Source of the DNA: Opitutus sp. GAS368
GTDB taxonomy: Bacteria > Verrucomicrobiota > Verrucomicrobiia > Opitutales > Opitutaceae
NCBI GenBank assembly: GCA_945861645.1
Contig: CAMAVZ010000025.1
Span: 1-29,671 of the forward strand
Length of the DNA stretch: 29,671 bases
Reading direction: 5' to 3'
Shown here: positions 27,408 to 29,671 of the stretch, piece after piece
Numbering within the stretch: position 1 is the first letter of the stretch
Layout of the letters: every line of letters starts with the position of its first letter
Notes under the pieces: generated by a model
The model's database searches: none
Seen by the model: only the letters and a program-made list of their open reading frames with translations
Told to the model about the DNA's origin: nothing
Made by a program: the position numbers and the translations under genes

Positions 27408-28825
27408 GCCAGAATCCCCAAACACTGTTCCAGAAAATCTGGGATAATCACGTCGTCGCCGAAGAGCCTGGTGCTCCCGCCGTGCTCTACATCGATCTGC
27501 ACCTCGTGCATGAAGTGACCTCGCCGCAGGCTTTCTCCGTGCTCAAGGAGCGCGGCCTGAAGGTGCTGCGGCCTGATCGCACGGTTGCCACGATGGATCA
27601 TTCTATCCCCACCAAAGGCGGCTACGAAGCCGCTGATGAAATGGGGCGGATTCAATTACGCTTACTCGAGGCTAATGCGTTGGCTCACGGCGTGCGGATC
27701 TATGGTTTGAATTCGGTGCAACGGGGTATTGTGCACGTCATTGGACCAGAACAGGGCTTTACTCAACCGGGCATGACTATCGTGTGTGGTGACAGCCATA
27801 CTTCGACGCATGGTGCTTTTGGTTCGCTTGGCTTCGGTATCGGCACCAGCGAAGTAGGTCATGTGCTGGCCACGCAATGCTTGCTGCAGCGTAAAGCGCG
27901 GACCTGCGAAGTGCGCGTTGATGGCGCCCTTCGGCCTGGCGTAACGGCCAAAGATATTATTCTCGCCGTGCTGGCAAAAATTGGCGTCGGCGGCGGAACC
28001 GGCCACGTGTTTGAATATACTGGCTCGGCTATTCGCGCGCTCGACATGGAAGGCCGCATGACGGTTTGTAACATGTCGATCGAGGGTGGCGCGCGCGCCG
28101 GCATGGTGGCGCCGGATGATAAGACCTTTAATTATGTCGCGGGTCGTGAATTTGCGCCCAAGGGCGCCGCATGGGATCAAGCCGTGGCGCGCTGGCGTCG
28201 GTTGCCTACCGATCAGGGGGCGACTTACGATAAGACTGTCACGCTCGATGCCCACAGCCTTGAACCGATGGTTACTTTTGGCACCAATCCAGGGCAGGGC
28301 GTCGCGATTACCCAGCCACTGCCGTTGCCGTCGAGCTTAGCTGATGCCGCCGAGCGGGCCGGACTAGAGAAATCACTCGCCTATATGAAATTTGAAGCGG
28401 GGAAACCTATCCTGGGCCAACCGGTTGATGTCGTGTTTCTCGGCTCTTGCACTAATTCACGGCTCGTTGACTTGCGCGCGGCCGCCCAGCTGCTGCGGGG
28501 GCGCAAAGTTGCCTCGAGCGTTAAAATGATGGTCGTCCCTGGTTCACAGTCCGTTAAACAGGCGGCGGAAGCCGAGGGCTTGGATAAAATATTTAAAGAA
28601 GCTGGCGCCGATTGGCGGGAGGCTGGTTGCTCGATGTGCATCGCGATGAACGGCGATCAACTTTCACCTGGGCAATTGGCCGTCTCGACTTCCAATCGCA
28701 ATTTTGAAGGCCGGCAAGGTAAAGGCGGTCGCACCGTGCTCGCCTCACCGCTGACCGCCGTCGCTACGGCAGTGGCCGGTTGTATTGCTGATCCGCGAGT
28801 TTTATTAAGCGGAGGTCAATCATGA
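27404..28825 (+). CDS. leuC: 3-isopropylmalate dehydratase large subunit
   Basis: [51 protein letters not shown] and [16 protein letters not shown] overlap with leuA. Confidence 0.98.
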   Translation: MSQNPQTLFQKIWDNHVVAEEPGAPAVLYIDLHLVHEVTSPQAFSVLKERGLKVLRPDRTVATMDHSIPTKGGYEAADEMGRIQLRLLEANALAHGVRIYGLNSVQRGIVHVIGPEQGFTQPGMTIVCGDSHTSTHGAFGSLGFGIGTSEVGHVLATQCLLQRKARTCEVRVDGALRPGVTAKDIILAVLAKIGVGGGTGHVFEYTGSAIRALDMEGRMTVCNMSIEGGARAGMVAPDDKTFNYVAGREFAPKGAAWDQAVARWRRLPTDQGATYDKTVTLDAHSLEPMVTFGTNPGQGVAITQPLPLPSSLADAAERAGLEKSLAYMKFEAGKPILGQPVDVVFLGSCTNSRLVDLRAAAQLLRGRKVASSVKMMVVPGSQSVKQAAEAEGLDKIFKEAGADWREAGCSMCIAMNGDQLSPGQLAVSTSNRNFEGRQGKGGRTVLASPLTAVATAVAGCIADPRVLLSGGQS

Positions 28826-29415
28826 GCGCACCTAAATTCACCACTCTCACCGCCCGCTGTGTCGTGCTGTCTAATAACGATGTCGATACTGACCAGATTA
28901 TCCCCGCTCGTTTTCTCAAAGTAACCGATAAACTCGGCTTGGGCGAAAAACTTTTCTGCGACTGGCGTTATCTCGAAGATGGCTCGCCTAATCCCGCCTT
29001 CATTTTAAATCAGCCCGAAGCAAAGGGCGCCCAGATTCTAGTGGCCGGTAATAATTTTGGCTGTGGCTCCTCGCGGGAGCATGCCCCGTGGGCCTTGGTC
29101 GGTTGGGGTTTTCAGGCCGTTATTTCTCCGATGTTTGCCGATATTTTTAAAGGCAACTCGCTTAAAAATGGGTTGATTCCGGTCGTGATTCAACCGGCCG
29201 CGCACGCGGCCTTGCTCGCGGCGCGGGCTAAAAATCATGACCTCCCCGTGACGGTCGATCTGCGCGCTGCAACCGTGGCTTGGCCGGGTCAGAAGCCCAT
29301 TAGCTTCCCGATCGATCCCTTCTCTCGCGCCTGCCTCTTGGATGGGGTGGACGAACTCGGCTATTTGCAAAAATTCGCGGGTCAGGCGCAAGCCTACGAA
29401 GCGCGCCATGCCTAA
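28822..29415 (+). CDS. leuD: 3-isopropylmalate dehydratase small subunit
   Basis: [41 protein letters not shown] and [12 protein letters not shown] overlap with leuC. Confidence 0.97.
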   Translation: MSAPKFTTLTARCVVLSNNDVDTDQIIPARFLKVTDKLGLGEKLFCDWRYLEDGSPNPAFILNQPEAKGAQILVAGNNFGCGSSREHAPWALVGWGFQAVISPMFADIFKGNSLKNGLIPVVIQPAAHAALLAARAKNHDLPVTVDLRAATVAWPGQKPISFPIDPFSRACLLDGVDELGYLQKFAGQAQAYEARHA

Positions 29416-29671
29416 GAACCCTTCGCTTTCGTCCATCGAGATTTTTGATACCACGTTGCGCGATGGCGCGCAGACGGAAGGAATCTCGTATTCGGTCGAT
29501 GATAAGCTGCGCATCGCGCGCAAGCTCGACGCATTAGGCGTGGCTTTTATCGAAGGCGGTTGGCCGGGTTCCAATCCGAAGGATGAAGTTTTTTTTGCGC
29601 AGGCGCGTTTGGAAACCTGGACTCACGCCAAATTAGTGGCTTTCGGGGCGACCCGCCGCGCCAGTCTCCAA
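29408..29671 (+). CDS. cimA: Citramalate synthase (LeuA-related, CimA type), 3' truncated by the window
   Basis: Manual translation from ATG 29408 (8-nt overlap with leuD) gives [65 protein letters not shown] and [12 protein letters not shown] typify Geobacter-type CimA rather than LeuA. Confidence 0.85.
   Translation, partial: MPKNPSLSSIEIFDTTLRDGAQTEGISYSVDDKLRIARKLDALGVAFIEGGWPGSNPKDEVFFAQARLETWTHAKLVAFGATRRASLQ

Noticed and set aside
4121..29574. Many 60-200 aa antisense or alternate-frame ORFs inside the large genes (e.g. 17677-18276, 18457-19053, 27662-28255)
   Set aside because: Expected shadow ORFs of GC-rich coding DNA with no recognisable motifs.
1..29671. CRISPR arrays, IS elements, prophage or defence genes
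   Set aside because: No repeat-spacer periodicity and no transposase, integrase, nuclease or phage-like ORF; nearly all coding capacity is explained by housekeeping genes.

Overview
A GC-rich bacterial chromosomal segment made mostly of core genes. The LpxC-FabZ fusion, the Asn-tipped EF-P, the TonB-receptor N-terminus and start codons lacking Shine-Dalgarno motifs suggest Verrucomicrobia (Opitutae-like); this is inference. Gene order: 3' end of a beta-carbonic anhydrase, efp (-), lpxC-fabZ and lpxA (+), DUF971 (-), tRNA-Pro(CGG), gltB-gltD behind a sigma54-like promoter, a TonB-dependent receptor, a sialate O-acetylesterase-family gene and proA/proB (all -), metX-like coupled to aspartokinase/homoserine dehydrogenase (+), and ilvD-ilvB-ilvN-ilvC-leuA-leuC-leuD-cimA (cimA cut by the window edge). 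I saw no mobile element, CRISPR array or defence system. The most interesting signals are non-coding and absent from the ORF track. (1) A complete Ile/Leu/Val ribosome-dependent attenuator with an apparently near-leaderless 34-aa leader peptide precedes ilvD. (2) A highly structured ~230-nt leader with uORFs and mutually exclusive helices precedes metX-thrA and matches no riboswitch I recognise. (3) A -24/-12 promoter precedes gltB. (4) A branched RNA element lies between ilvC and leuA.
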